A stretch of DNA of 63,938 bases, filler included, from Dugesia japonica (GCA_001938525.1; 6 parts of 6 records of this genome joined end to end with filler, not necessarily neighbours in it); one strand, 5' to 3'. Counted from the first letter of the whole stretch, positions 37,947-52,055 are shown. The notes: generated from the letters alone by a model not told the origin. Made by a program: numbers and translations.

Positions 37947-40665
37947 TAGAGATTGCAATCCCGTGACATATTTTCAAACCCGGGATTTCGGGGTTATATT
38001 TTTCAAATCCTGGGATCCCGGGCTTAGAGTTTTAATTTAAATGAATTCCACTTAAAAGTTATCATATTTAAAATTGCATAATAGTTCCGCCAAGTCTATT
38101 AAAAATTCATTTGATTACAATTTTTTATTAAAAGAATTTTCGTTTTGTCATTAAAAAATCTAATAAACAATAAATGATGAGATTTGACAGAAAATTCTTT
38201 TTTTCTTGTGTTTCTGAAGATGAGATTTTAAAAACGCATAGTTTTTCCAGAGTTTCATAATTTAAACGGCTTCTTATTTTTACTACAAAATGACCAGCTG
38301 AAGAAAAGGCTAGTTCTGATTCGATACTGGTTGGCTTAATTGTCATTAGGTAGGAGTATGTTCTTTCCAGATAGTCACCACCTTTTTTCCATTTTCATAA
38401 AGAGTAATTTCTTTCTGAAGTTTTGATGACAGTAGTTCAAATCAAACAGGCTGCATTGGTGGATNNNNNNNNNNNNNNNNNNNNNNNNNNNNNNNNNNNN
38501 CACTTAATTGTCTCTGTGTACAATCTGATTAAGTCATTGAATTAAATATTGAATCAATTTCAATTGAAACTTCATTCCGAATGGGCTATTCTAATCCATT
38601 GGACGTTAGTAATGCAGTTTGATTTAAAGCGTTTTGTCTATCTAACAAGTTTACTATTAATTTAGAGCATTTTACTGAGGGTGTAAATTGTGACAGAATC
38701 AATTCCCGAGACCCTATTTTTACCATAAATGTAAGTATTGAAGTTAACCACTCAGATTTGTTCGGCGTTCTTCCATTCAAAGTTTGAGAGCTTTATATAA
38801 TTCTTTACTTATAGTACTGTTTACCTCTTTAAGCTTCTTTAGTATAAAATTAATGGCAATATCAGCTGTAAACAGATTACAATCTTGCAGACAGAGTGCT
38901 TAAACAGTTATTTTTATTGGCACAAGCGCAGTAATTATATGCTATCACATATAATTTTCATTATGAGATAAATTTAGTGACTCGTATTTATTTTTATAAA
39001 TCAATTAAAGCCTTTTAAATGCAATCTCTTAGCAAATAAAAACGTTCTACCATTAATAAAAGACTGCTCCACCTAGTCTTGAAGTCTTTTAATAAAGCAA
39101 TATCCTTACCAAATTCTGTTTTGATAAATTGTTATAATATATAATTATTTGTCAGTAACTTTCTAAACATTGAAATGATTTTTCGTATCTTATTTATTAC
39201 GGAACCCACATATGCTTCGGTTATTTTATTCTTTGCATGAATCGGACTATTATCAATGAATGGGTCACTGTCAAAAATATCTTGCTCTTGGCACGAGTCA
39301 CTTTCGTCAAAANNNAATTCTTCCACATTATACTGCTGATCTATTTCAAACACTAACTTATTATATAGTACATCAACAACTTCCAGCTGCACACCATGTG
39401 CAAAACATAACTGCTGATTTATATTTATTATTCTGCCGACGTTTTTCATGACGCTTGCACCATCTGTAATAATTGCTAAAATATCTGTATGCAAATTTAG
39501 TATATGCTTTTCTAGTTTTTTTTCCAAGAGTTGAATACATTTTTCGACTAGTAAAGTGTGGTATATCCTTGCTAAATCTAAAATTCAAAAATTAGAATTT
39601 TGTCCGTGTAAAATTATGTTTAGATAGCTTCGATTTCGTAGATATGTCTATTTACCAAAGGATAAAGAAAATCTTTCACATACAACTTGACCAATAATCA
39701 TTTTTAGATAATCCCCTTATTATTCAATTTCTAACATTATTGCTATATTCCAAAACAATTTTCACACTGTGTTAGCTGATTTCGGTAGATTTTTAAATCC
39801 CGTAGCTTCTAGACTTGCACGTAAATCAGAAGAGGAGGATATAACATTGAAGGAATTCCATTCTGAGCAGTTAGGTGTTGAGAGTAGCGTCCAGTCTTTA
39901 GCCTTTTTATTGTAAAATAATCTGTAAGAGTCTTGGTTCTTTCCTTTGTTGAAAATTTTACATTGAATGAATTTTTCTGAAACAAAATAGATGTGCTTCC
40001 TACTTTAATGTTATGCACAGACAATAAATGCGTATGAAGACCCTTCGTGGAACCTCCAGCAGTTCTCAATATTTTCTGGCAGTGTGTATGTCAACATTTA
40101 GCTGTCTGTTTATCTTCAACCCTTATAAAGTGTTGCCAAATATCTGAAGTACCCTTTGATAAATATTCTTTGTAAGCCATTGAGCTAAAGAGTTTTTTAA
40201 AAAACGTAAGAAAAAAGTAATTGATACAGACATTTTATTCATACTATTGATCTATATCATTTCAAACCCATTTAGATTTAGATTATTTATTCCTAACTTT
40301 TCTTCTAAAAACTTAAAAACACACTAATATATATTATGCTGTAAGAAATATTACACGTTAATTTAATTGAAATCACAATATTAGTTGCAAAATTTTTGTA
40401 TGCAGGTACTATAATTGTATTCAGAATATAAAACCTTTTCGAAATCTTTAAAGTGCATTATTTTTGGTTTAATATACTCTCTTTACAATAATATATTTAA
40501 CTAACTAATGATTTTTTTAACTTAAAAAATAGTATAAAAATATAAAAATTTACTATAAAATTCTAATTGATAATAATTTCAAAATACTTTTTAGTGAAAA
40601 ANNNNNNNNNNNNNNNNNNNNNNNNAAAAAACTCTGGGATCACGGGATTTCGAGATGTTATTCGT
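37947..40665 (-). mobile_element. hAT DNA transposon relic with BED finger
   Basis: End TAGAGATTGCAATCCCG with CGGGAT subterminal repeats; BED DIWQHF...C..C...GGSTKGLHTHLLSVH, IITDGASVM, CFAHGVQLEV, KTRWSSL, TIKPTSIESELAFSSAG. Confidence 0.9.
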
Positions 40666-42689
40666 AATGAAAAAGTTTTTCAAAATATACTAGCACAGTT
40701 GAAAAAATTTTCAAACTTCAAGCACAAGAACAGTACTCCCCCCTGTGCTGGTATTTTTTAAAAGTGTTTTCAATCTGACGTATTGGTTGTGAGTTATTAA
40801 ATATTTAAACTTTTAAAGTTTAAAAACAGCGCTCAGCCTCAGATTTTTATCATCAAGACTTGAATTTGATACTATTGAGTAGGCAATTTAAAACTACCTT
40901 TACATTGTCTAAAGAATTAGTATCAAAAGTTCTATGCCTCATTGAAAACCTCACAAGAAAGAACCGAGGACTTTTAAAAAATGAACCTTTGGCACCATTT
41001 CTTAATCAAAATGCATCAAANTTGATATCAATAGAATGGTAATGAGATGATAAATATCTCTATCAAGTTTTCAAATCAGTTTGACAAATAGATAGCGAGG
41101 TATTTGCCATTTAAAATTTTAAAATGATAAAAAATGAATAAATTATTTACTTACAATTGTAAATAGATAAAAGAATTTTTAAAAAGATTATGAAAAATTA
41201 CAAATGCATTTATCTTGCACATCATAAAATATTTAATCTTAAAAATATACAAACAGATATACATACATACACATATACAAGTACTTTGTTATATTTTCAC
41301 CGACTTCTATGTAATTTTTGGTGACTTCTATTTAATTTTAATAATAACCCTATAATTACCTTATAAAACCCTATTAACCCCTTTTATTACCTTGAAAACT
41401 TGGCGATACCCATAAAAATACTGTAGTTACTCAAATATAATCCCATAATTTCAATATAAAACCCTTAATAAAATATGAAACCTTATAATTATCTTATAAA
41501 ACTCTATAATTACCTAATAAATTCAATTAAACGATATAAAAGCTCTATAAAACCCTAGAATAACCATATAAACCTTATAGTTACTTTATAAAATCCTATA
41601 AGACCATTTAAAGGCTATAAACACTAATAAACTCTAATAATACTATAATAAACATATAAGAAAACTCTATAACCCACACAGCAACCATATAAAAACAATA
41701 AACAAACAATTTAAGACAATATAAAAACACATAAAACTATATAGAAACTAATGAATTTCTATAGTTACCTTATAGAAACCATATAAAACCATAAAAACCT
41801 TGTTATTACTCTCTAAAACAATATTTTTATCCAAAAAAACCCCATAAAAAATCCTATCAAAGTCTACAAAATTATTTAAAAACACCCATTATTTTTGCTT
41901 AGTAATCACCCATTTGCATATTTGCATTCATAATGTCATGCCTTTGTCTAGCTTATACTAGTATGACTCACGGTCTTTGTTGCAGTTGCACTCGTGTTAC
42001 AAAGTCTTTGTTTAACTTGCACCGATATTGCACATGTATGACTCATTGCAATGTATTTGACTAACTTGCACTTGTATTGCATTAGTATTGAAATTTCTTT
42101 GTTCTGTTTGCATTCATGTTGTACAGGTAGAACTCATTCTCTTAATTTAAGTTGCATTTGTGATAAACATGCATTTGGTTTTTTTAAATATAGTACGTAT
42201 TTTAATATAGTACGTAATAGGTATTTTAAAATATACATTACTTTGTGGTATTTAAAAATGATTAATGATACATATATGCACAAACAAAGGAGTATAAAAA
42301 TGCAATACACTTACAAATTAATAAAATTTAACACACTCACGCATATAAAAGTGTTTTTCAAAATTTTCACCAAAATATCTATAAACAAACGAGAAAAAGC
42401 AACAAATTACTTTCAATTAAGTAGTAACGATTTTTCAGTATTTAATAAATTTTTATTTTTTAAAAATGAATATGAAAATTTTAACTATGATGATGAATAT
42501 GAATGCTCCAGTTTCTGTTCCTGTTGGTGATGATAACAGTTGGTTTTAATTAGTTTTTATTAGTTTTAATTAATTTTAATTAGTTTGTATTGAGTTTCGA
42601 TTAACACTTTATTTAATTAATGAATTGTTATGATATTTTAATTAATTGTTAAATTATTTATTTATTTATGTAATGTTAATTTTATGATA

Positions 42690-43270
42690 ATGGAGAGATA
42701 CTATGTACAATTTTTTTTATGATAAAATTTATTATATATGTCCTGTATGTATGAAGGTATACCCATTGTGATAGTGAACCAGAAATTAATGAAGAAATAA
42801 TGATTTAACCTCAATTGGTAAATAATTAAGATAAAACTGGTCTGATTTTCAAATCATAGACGAAATGAATCAAGATGATAATGTGTTACAAGCCTTTGTT
42901 GATGAAGAAGAAAATATTAAAATTGGTGGCTCCCTCAACGATGATGTGATAATAGAAAAAAATAAAAATCTATATAAATGCTACCAAAATGTTAAAAGTT
43001 TAAGGATAATGTAACACAAACTTGTAGGTTATCAAATCGAGCTGTCCCATTGATCGATTCCTTTTTTGAAGATTAAATAAAGCAGTTACATGAGAAAATG
43101 GCTATTAGAAGCAAGTTGGGATCCAATTGGATATTGAGTCGCATATTAGAAGTCAATTTTAAAATAATAAAAGTATCAGACATTAGTCAACTATCTGTAC
43201 ATGGTTACATTCCAATACCAAAGAACTTGGAAAATAAAATGGCTGTCGTTAACGTCAAAAACTCAAACAC
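42690..43270 (+). pseudogene. Second Polinton-type pPolB N-terminal relic with upstream CxxC ORF
   Basis: LGSNWILSRILEVNFKIIKVSDISQLSVHGYIPIPKNLENKMAVVNVKN is homologous to LGSSWTLSRILEINFKITKVSDISRLS (9300-9400, minus). Confidence 0.78.
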
Positions 43271-43294
43271 ATTACGTCGAGCTGCGTTTTTTAA

Positions 43295-43440
43295 TCGATA
43301 ATTATTGATTATCGATTTTTCATCTGATTGATTATTGATTTTTGATCTGATCTTTTTTTTTTATCGGATCAGATTTTTTTTGATCGGAAAATTTTTTTTT
43401 GATCGGATCAGAAATTTTTTTTTTGATCGGATCAGAAAAA
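43295..43440. repeat. Degenerate tandem repeat (T-run + GATCGGATCAGA)
   Basis: About 6 units, seen directly. Confidence 0.7.
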
Positions 43441-45139
43441 TTTACTTTTTAAATTAATAGAAAAATATTTTTGTTTTAATGGTGATTTTNNNNNNNNNNN
43501 NNNNNNNNNNNNNNNNNNNNNNNNNNNNNNNNNTTAATTAATTAANNNNNNNNNNNNNNNNNNNNNNNNNNNNNNNNNNNNNNNNNNNNTATAAACAACT
43601 TTGGACTAAAGTAACATTATATTACTGATTTCAAATAAAACAATATTACCGATTATGTAAATAATTTTGAAAATTGATAATTATTCTGTGAATACTTTGA
43701 CATTTTTTGAAAATTGGTAATAATGTTTATGAATTATTATAATATTTTTATAAATATTTACGTTTTTCAATAACGAGCCTATGTATCTCTCTACTATAAA
43801 TAAAGAGCGTAATCTCCTTTTTACCACCATTATTTGAAATCTTAAAAAAGGTCTAAGACTTCTTAAGTTACAGACCATAAGATCAAAATAATAACGTTAA
43901 TATTATATTGATATTTTTAAAGTAATTGTTAAATTTGAATAAAGAATTTTTAAAGTAATTTTTTCACTTAATTTTATAAGGTGACTATATAGTTTATTTA
44001 TTGATATATCATTTATATATATTAAACATATTAGGTTCAAATAAGAATCAAATTATCAGTGTGTCTATAAGAGAAAATTGTACGGATTTCATTCTATAAA
44101 TTGAAAGAGATCACGTAAAAATCGTTGATTTGCCTTTGTGAAATCCCAAAGACATCTCAACATATTGATTGATTGCATCAATTTGATTAAATAATTAAAA
44201 ACACGTGGGTATTGATAATTTAGGGTATAAGCAAAGTACATTCAGTGTTTCATTATGATTGAAAAATGAAGAAAGCAAGATTCATTTTTAAAATGTTTTT
44301 AATATTTTAAAATTTTATTTAGAATACCATTATAAATATGAATCCAATTGTTGAGAATTACATAATATAACATGCATACACAACAGAACATAACAGATAA
44401 TAATCAGTATGATCANCCCCAATCCAAGCAATTCAACAAAGATTCGCAATAAGGCAATTAGATAATCAATTTGATCAAAAGAAAAGAGAGAAAAAGAAAG
44501 CAATGAAATTTATTTTATTATTTATTTGACTTGATCAATAACATTTATTGTGTTATTTTAATTTATCTGATTTTCTGACATTTATGTTAATTTATCTAGC
44601 TTAATACTGTAATATTTTCGGACATTTATCTGACTTGATATAATTTATTGTAATGATTAATTATGTAAATAATTGAAAAGATATCCGGTATAGATTGATT
44701 TTGGAATAATTTAATTATATAATAGTTGATTGACTATCAAAATTATATGATAACTAATTTTACGAATATTTATTTTATGTATATGTATGTAAGTGTGTAT
44801 GCGTATGCTTTGAAAATCAGTATAAATACTGATCAGTTTGATGAAAAAATCAGACTTTTTAAATTGAGAAAACCTCTCTCTTTGGGTGGCTTTTCTCCTT
44901 TTAATAACTTATAACGTCTTCGTGTAAGGTTATATAATCCCAAAAATAAATATTTACAAGGTGTTTATTTATTTTATTTATATTGGATCGAATACAGTAT
45001 ATCACATATTTATATTTTGGTAATATATATCTTGTATAATATCGTACTTACACACACAACACTAAACAACTAAAGAAAAGCAGTTACAAATGTTAACAAA
45101 AGTGAACCAGTATTTTTGTTGAGTTAAATACCCCACACA

Positions 45140-45341
45140 ATGAAAAGAAAAAACAATAGAGTAATTTTGATATTTAATTAATCTAATTTGATATTTTCAG
45201 AATAATGAGAACGTTATGAAAAATGAAAATATTATGAATAATGAATTGTTGATGAATTTTTTGACAAACCAAGAAATTAATGCGGATATTATGAATCATC
45301 ACAATATTATGCAAAATAATAATGTAATGAATTTAAAATAG
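45140..45341 (+). CDS. Candidate two-exon Asn/Met-rich micro-ORF (53 aa)
   Basis: ATG at 45140; 40-nt GT-AG intron 45161-45200 with CTAAT branch; MKRKNNR|NNENVMKNENIMNNELLMNF...NVMNLK*. Confidence 0.35.
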
Positions 45342-46249
45342 GTTAGTTATTTTCAATTTTTTAAATGCAATTATGCTGAAAAAATAATTAAGTTTTAACT
45401 TTCTTGTAATAACTTGAACTTAATTTGATAATTAGGTGTAATAATTTTTGGTTCCATAAAAAACAGAACAATGAAAAAAACAGAACAGGGAAGAAACAGA
45501 ACTNGGAAGAAACAGAACTTTGAAAAAAAGAACTCATATTTTTATTTAAATTAGGTACGACGTAAATTATTTAAAGTATTTTATTTTATTATTTTGCATG
45601 TGTTATATTGCTTTTATGCCATAAGTGCAGAATGTGTGCACGAGAATTACTCACACGAATATGGCGCACATGAAAAATTGCTCAAAGTTTAATTTATTAA
45701 TTAAAAAACGTTCCTTAAATATTGAAAATACTTATGAAAAATTATTTGAATTAAAGACTTTGTTGTTAATATACTTTAAAGTATTTTTTGTTTATTTTAT
45801 AATTTGTTGGGGTGAATTACCGGTTAATGAAGAAAAATAATAGACCGAAGGATGAAATTCAGAAACAGAGTAGAAGAATTTAGAATGGGATAAAAACTAT
45901 GGCACCAATGTTTAAGAAAACCAAGGAAAAGATACATGACAGAAAGAGAATGTCAAAAGGAATAAATTCGAACCCGATCATTTATGTTAATTAAGAGAAA
46001 ATAGAATTTATCATAAAAAAGCAGGAAAGTTACTATTAAAAAAATAATTAATTAGTAAAGAAATATTAATTAATTTTATGAGAAAATAAATTAAAATTAG
46101 TCAAAAAATCCGTTTTTTACGAATAACTTTGCTTAGAATAATCACAGAGACTCGGGGAAGGAAAATCTGGAAAGAAAAAGATCGGGGACATTAAAATTCG
46201 GAAATGAGAAAATCGTGTCATTACCAAGAAGACCCCTATAAGCATCGGA

Positions 46250-46480
46250 AAAACGGGCCAATAAGGGGCTGAAAAATAACAATAGAACAAAGACCCAAAC
46301 ATCACATGGCAATTTAAAAATAGCGGCCAATAAGAGTTCTAAAACTCTACGAAAACTTTGAAAATTAGCACCAGAACCAATGGAAAGCAAGAAATTTGAA
46401 TCAATAATAGCAACCCAAAAGCAACGATGCCGGGTTGTATCAGAAAATCCTATAAAAAGGTCATGTAAATTTAGTCAAAA
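46250..46480 (+). promoter_or_regulatory. CCAAT-array + TATA promoter of unit A
   Basis: Three CCAAT boxes, then GCCGGGTTGT and CCTATAAAAAGG; conserved in unit B (GCCGGGATGT...CCTATAAAAGG). Confidence 0.6.
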
Positions 46481-48156
46481 TAACAATTTTTCATATCATT
46501 AATTACGTTGACTTAGTCACAAACAATTTTCAAATTAAAACACATTCCCATTTNGACAGGAAAAAAAAAGAAATTCTCATCTTGTGAATTCCGATAATCA
46601 GTGTTACTACAAGATATTGACAGAAGAAACCAAAACCGTTGCAGAAAACCAGAAAATTTATTAATAAGTAAGCATGTGTTATTATATGTTCTTTTACTGT
46701 TTAATGTAAGAAAAATGTTTCAAATTAACTATTAATAAAATTATGTCAATAATAATTTTCTAATTTCACTCAACATTTAGATAGTAGAATGCCTATGTAG
46801 ATGATGTCTGCAACTAATGATCACTAGGTGACTACAAATAAGATCGACTGCCATTGATTGTCTTGCGGTTGTGTGTAGATATTCTTTTTGTATCTTCAGA
46901 ATACTAATCGGCATGTGCAGCAATTTGCAAACCATCTGTCAGATCCCGATCACCATTAAAACATAGCAGAAATTTCCCACTAGAACAAATGTTATAAATT
47001 GGTTCTAAGTACATATGACCAACTCCGTCGGAATGACCAAGAAAAACATCCATTATAATTGCATTTAATTTCATGCCATAATGCTATACACTCATCGAGT
47101 GGGATTACACACTCACGCTAGTCAGTAGTTCTGCAAATTGAGATGTCATGTCGATTGGATAAATAGTATTGCCATGCATATGATAGCTGAAATTAATCCA
47201 GTAATAAAAAGCACACAAGCAGTGTGACTACTTGCTGTTGACAACCTACACTATTTCGGAAATGAGTTAATAAATGTCAATTTTCAGCAAATGCGAAAAA
47301 AGATATTACCACCGAAAACATTAGGTATCGTGATGACTATGTTCAGATTTATTGGCAAGAAAAAAAACTTATAAATTACATCGTCGAGGTTTCAGATATG
47401 GCATAATTATAACAACCTATACAGTAAAGCCATCACTTTGGATACTACTTTTTCGCGATATATTTTCTTTTGTGTTGAGTTCATTATTAAATCATTTTAA
47501 TATCTATCATATTTTTTTTGCTATCATATCAGTCAGAACATGTATGACAGTTATTATTTCAATCACCACCTTCATGCAGATTATAATTATCGATAATTCC
47601 ATTTGTTCTCATTTAAGGTCGTTATCACTAATGGGTGGATAATCTTTATCGTATCATGTATCAATTGAGATACCCTAGTTGATACTAGTGTCCAGTTATC
47701 ATCATCTAATAATGTTGACATCGTTAATATTGTAAACGCTGCGTTGCTTTTCAATCAGTTTTCTCATTATTACTGCCAGTACTATTGTTGTCATTATCAT
47801 TATTTGTTAGTAGCATTATTATCATTTTATTATTAAAATATGAGTATCAGTATTAAGATTGCCATATTATTATTTTATTACTTGTTCTATTAATGCCATT
47901 ATGAATATTAGGATTAATATTGTTTTCTTATTGTTAAACCTATCATTATTATCTGAAAAATCGGTATAAGTTTCAAAAATTGATATGGAAAATGCATATC
48001 TCAGCATTCGTATACTTAACTAACTTTTTTCAAATAAATAGCAACACAAGAGGTGTTATCGCTGTCATTCCACCCTTTATTAGTCTACTAAGGAGAATCT
48101 TAGCCACAATCATAGTCACATAAAAATGAAATCATAGTCACATATTTCTTTAGATT

Positions 48157-48342
48157 ATGTCGGCAGAACTAAAGCGTGCTCTTAAGATAATCTTGAAACA
48201 ACGAAGAACAGCACGATTAAAACAGNNNNNNNNNNNNNNNNNNNNNNNNNNNNNNNNNNNNNNNNNNNNNNNNNNNNNNNNNNNNNNNNNNNNNNNNNNN
48301 NNCCCTCTGATTTTTCCAGTGGACATCGACGCAGGAGGCTGA
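48157..48342 (+). CDS. Unit A ORF1: small basic protein of unknown function (contains an N gap)
   Basis: ttag|attATG; MSAELKRALKIILKQRRTARLKQ...PLIFPVDIDAGG; homologous to 52056-52250. Confidence 0.6.
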   Translation: MSAELKRALKIILKQRRTARLKQXXXXXXXXXXXXXXXXXXXXXXXXXXPLIFPVDIDAGG

Positions 48343-48474
48343 AAGCATTAAACATAATGTGTAATCGAATGATAATAAATTTGTTGATTTTCTATTTGAA
48401 TACCTTAAATTTATTTTATGTGTTATATCAACCGCATTCAAAACGTACGAATCGAATTTAGTTTATTTTTTTAG

Positions 48475-48886
48475 TGAATCATAAATGGGAAGTCCTATTA
48501 GATAAAACATCGGGTCGCACCATTTTAGAAAATACACCAACCCACACAATCGAGGTGCTAGGGTATTATCGGACTATTCAAATCTTCACCCCAGAGGACG
48601 CAGAAAATGAGAAAGAGTGGAACGCTGCTGAGCGTCATTATTTTTATACGGTACCGATCGTACCAGGGCCGTATACCATGCGGTTCCAATTGCAACAGTA
48701 AACCGAGATGGAGTACCACAAATTATTCGGCAGTGGCATGAAGGACCTTCGGTAGTAGGTGTCACTACGAACCATCTCCCCCCAGTATACAATTTAACAG
48801 CCTTCGTCCATAATAATTTGTGGAGTATAAGGAATTCGCCCGAAAATATTAATGAGAATACTGCCACCACTTCAAGTGACTCGTGA
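48475..48886 (+). pseudogene. Unit A ORF2: unknown protein with one apparent frameshift
   Basis: ag|TG AAT CAT AAA TGG; (M)NHKWEVLLDKTSGRTILENTPTHTIEVLG...LPPVYNLTAFVHNNL; homologous to 52389-52736. Confidence 0.6.
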
Positions 48887-49052
48887 ATGTTCTTTTTATT
48901 CTGTGCATACAATTAAATAAATGTTTTATCCCGTTGAAATCAGTTTAATTTTCGTATTTAACGTGTGCTTGTTGGCTTACTGAATTAGAACATTAACTTC
49001 GATTCATTATTTTTAGCGGGCAAATTTAGTTAAATTGAACTTTCTTTTGTTG

Positions 49053-49392
49053 TGCATTCCACACTCAACCGTGCTATGGCTCCCACTAAGAAAATACGTG
49101 AAACCGACGAGGACCAAGAGATGACTTGGGACCTGTACCGTCTAGCGAAATGACGATGGGAAGCAGACGTCGCCAATTCCACTAGTAAATTGAAAAGATA
49201 TAAGGCCAAATGCTTCGCTTTTAAAAAGGAAGTCGCAGCCTCACACACCCAAGAGCGGGTTAATTCGCAGAGATAATCTGGTCCCACCATGACCGCGAGA
49301 ATAAACTGGTCAGCGACATAATGCATCTCAAAGAAAAAATGCCTCTTGAACCCCTTATGGTTGATAAGAGTAGTCAAACTACGCGAACGTAA
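49053..49392 (+). pseudogene. Unit A ORF3: unknown helical protein with a stop and frameshift
   Basis: HSTLNRAMAPTKKIRETDEDQEMTWDLYRL...LEPLMVDKSSQTTRT*; homologous to 52961-53114. Confidence 0.6.
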
Positions 49393-50639
49393 TCGCTATT
49401 GTGTTGTTCGTTTCTGTAAATAAAGGTTCTCAGTGTTTAATTTAACAAATAACCAATTTCATATATCTTAAAATCTTTTTTTACAATTATAAATTATNNN
49501 NNNNNNNNNNNNNNNNNNNNNNNNNNNNNNNNNNNNNNNNNNNNNNNNNNNNNNNNNNNNNNNNNNNNNCAGAAATTATAAAAATTCAATTTATTTTCAA
49601 TTCAATAAAATCCATTAAAACATTGAAGAAATGCTCTTCACTTTAATTTATTTCCATGTAAAAACTATGAAACAATTGAAATAATATTTTACTCTATATA
49701 TTTCAATATTTTATATATAGAGAAAGGCAGATTAAATTACTAATCACATTTATCAGCATTTGTTAATATTATAGGTAAAATTCCAAATATATTGAGAAAT
49801 TATGAAATAATTTTATTAGTAAGACTGGAATTATTATATTAGCAAATAATAAGTAGATTAAAATAAAAGAAAATTTATATCAATAGAAAAAATATTTATG
49901 TTGGGGTGAAGAAAAATAAGACCGGGGGCCACGGCCTATTGTTGTAGACAAATATTAACTCGGAAACTTCTCATCAGTAAAGTCTAACAATCAGTGTTAC
50001 CAAAATCGGAAAGAAAGGTAATTGCAAAGAACTATTATAACTAAAATGGCGAGAAAACCATTATTAATGGATCAAAGAAGGAAAGAAAGTGATCGGAAGA
50101 CCACAATCCAACAAATTAAATATTCATCACCATCAATAATTAGGAAAATTATCATAATAATATTAAATACAGGAAAATAGCCAAGAGAAAAAATAAATCA
50201 ATTAAAATCATTATCAATTAAATTTTAATGAAAAATACAGTTAAATTAGTTCTAAATCCGTTTATTGCGAATATCTTGGCTTTGAAAACTCATAGAAGCT
50301 CAGAGCAAGAAAATTTGAGAAGGCCATGTATTAGGGCAACGGGATTTTGCGATGGAAAAATGATGCCATCGTTAGAAAGACCTCTACTGAGATTGGAAAA
50401 TTGAGTCAATAAGGACCTGAAAATAAAAATAAAAAACAAAGAAGCGACCATCACGTGTCACTCTAAAAATAACCGCTAATAAAAGCATTGAAAATCCAAA
50501 AAAATGCAACTACAATACCAATAGAACCAATTAAAAATGGAGAATTTAAATTAAAAATAACCAGCCAATAACAGCAAGGCCGGGATGTGACAAAAATCCT
50601 ATAAAAGGATCGAGAAAATCAGTCGAAAATCACATAAAA

Positions 50640-50726
50640 AACAGAAAAATTCTAATATTTGTGAATTAACAGAAAAATTCTAGTATTTGTGAATTAACAG
50701 AAAAATTCTAGTATTTGTGAATTAAC
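50640..50726 (+). repeat. 28-nt tandem repeat x3 in the unit B leader
   Basis: AACAGAAAAATTCTAGTATTTGTGAATT x3. Confidence 0.9.
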
Positions 50727-51769
50727 CATCTTCGTGTTCGAATTAAGAATCCAACAATAAAAGGAAATTATTTAAGACTTAACCGATTCAAAATATTATT
50801 CGTGAAGTTATAGAAGTGAAAACTAGTGTTCTACTCTAGTAATAAAAGGAGACAGTCAAAAGAAGAATCTGAAACGACCTATTCGCCCGTTCGGCATTCA
50901 AACACAGAAAAAGAAAATATACCAGGTGACTACCCGTTGCAGAAATCTGAAGATCGATATAAAAGTAAATCTTCGGTTATATTTATATTATGTTAAGAAA
51001 ATTTTTGGAAATAAATTTTCGGTTATATTTATAATGAAATTTTTGATTAAAACGAAAACTAATTTTTGGTTATCTTAATTCATGTTAATGAAACTTTTAA
51101 TTCCAGAATAAATTCTCCGGTACATTAAATCCACTTATGATTAAGTCATGTAAATAACCGTTAAAAAATTAAATATTATAGAAATAATTAAGATTTAGTT
51201 AACTTTTATTTGATACAAATGTTACCCATTTTAGTTAGATAAAAATATCTCTAAGTTAACTGTAATTGAGACCCAAGTTAATAATTCCAGTGTTCGAACG
51301 ATGTTCATCGATAAAATCGAGAAATTGTTGAATTTGATAAATACAAAATAAGAAAATTCCAATTTTTGAGAAATGCTGTAATAATTTACCATGATCAACA
51401 AATAAACGGCGAGACAGTGAATAAGTTGTTAAAATTTATTCGTATGCATCCTGGTCTAAATAACCACAGTAAAATTAACTGGAAGAGAAAGTGAATTCTG
51501 ACTCATTCATCGCATCTGATAATATCGAGTATACACAGTTCTACAAATCTGATCATGTCACTAGTTAATATCTGTTTCTAGAATTGGATAAATATGAATT
51601 AGATGCCGAGTAAATTACCGTCTCTAATATTAATACCCACTTTATGGAGATTAAAATTGTTAATATCATTGTCTTCATCGGTAACATTGCGGCTGCTAAC
51701 ATAATATTCGAAAATTAATCATTCACCCTATCGTTGTTACCAATTGTTATTTAGTTATCTGACATTAAC

Positions 51770-51994
51770 ATGAATATAACTAATATTGTACTAATGGGGT
51801 TCCCGTCATTATTTTTATTATTAGTACCATCATTATTATTAACTATTGTCATTATTATCATCCTCATTCTACTAACCTTGTTTATTAATTACATCATTAA
51901 CGACCCAGCATTACTGTGGTTATGTTTAATAATATTAACATTCCGTAACTTTCATGATTTATGGTATAAATGCTATAATAGCAAAGTTGGATAA
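51770..51994 (+). pseudogene. Unit B ORF0 C-terminal transmembrane segment
   Basis: IVLMGFPSLFLLLVPSLLLTIVIIIILILLTLFINYII...LLWLCLIIL; upstream part has stops. Confidence 0.4.
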
Positions 51995-52055
51995 CCGATT
52001 ACCCGACCAAACGGTGAATATATCCCCATAATCTATTTTAAATTAATTTTAGTTA

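Larger units (their letters stand above)
45805..49447 (+). mobile_element. Giant LTR-like unit A with a multi-ORF spliced cassette
   Basis: TGTT...AACA ends; CCAAT at 46258/46327/46377, TATAAAAAGG at 46451, donor at 46668; acceptors at 46780, ~48153, 48474 and ~49016/49052; AATAAA at 48033, 48374, 48916 and 49419. Collinear with unit B. Confidence 0.65.

Noticed and set aside
42051-42530. 159-aa ORF in the track
   Set aside because: AT-driven composition, no motif or homolog in the window.
48586-49377. Minus-strand ORFs 48586..48912 and 49030..49377
   Set aside because: Antisense shadows; peptide conservation with unit B is on the plus strand.
50640-50726. 28-nt repeats as a CRISPR-like array
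   Set aside because: Head-to-tail tandem with no spacers, in a eukaryotic context with no cas genes.
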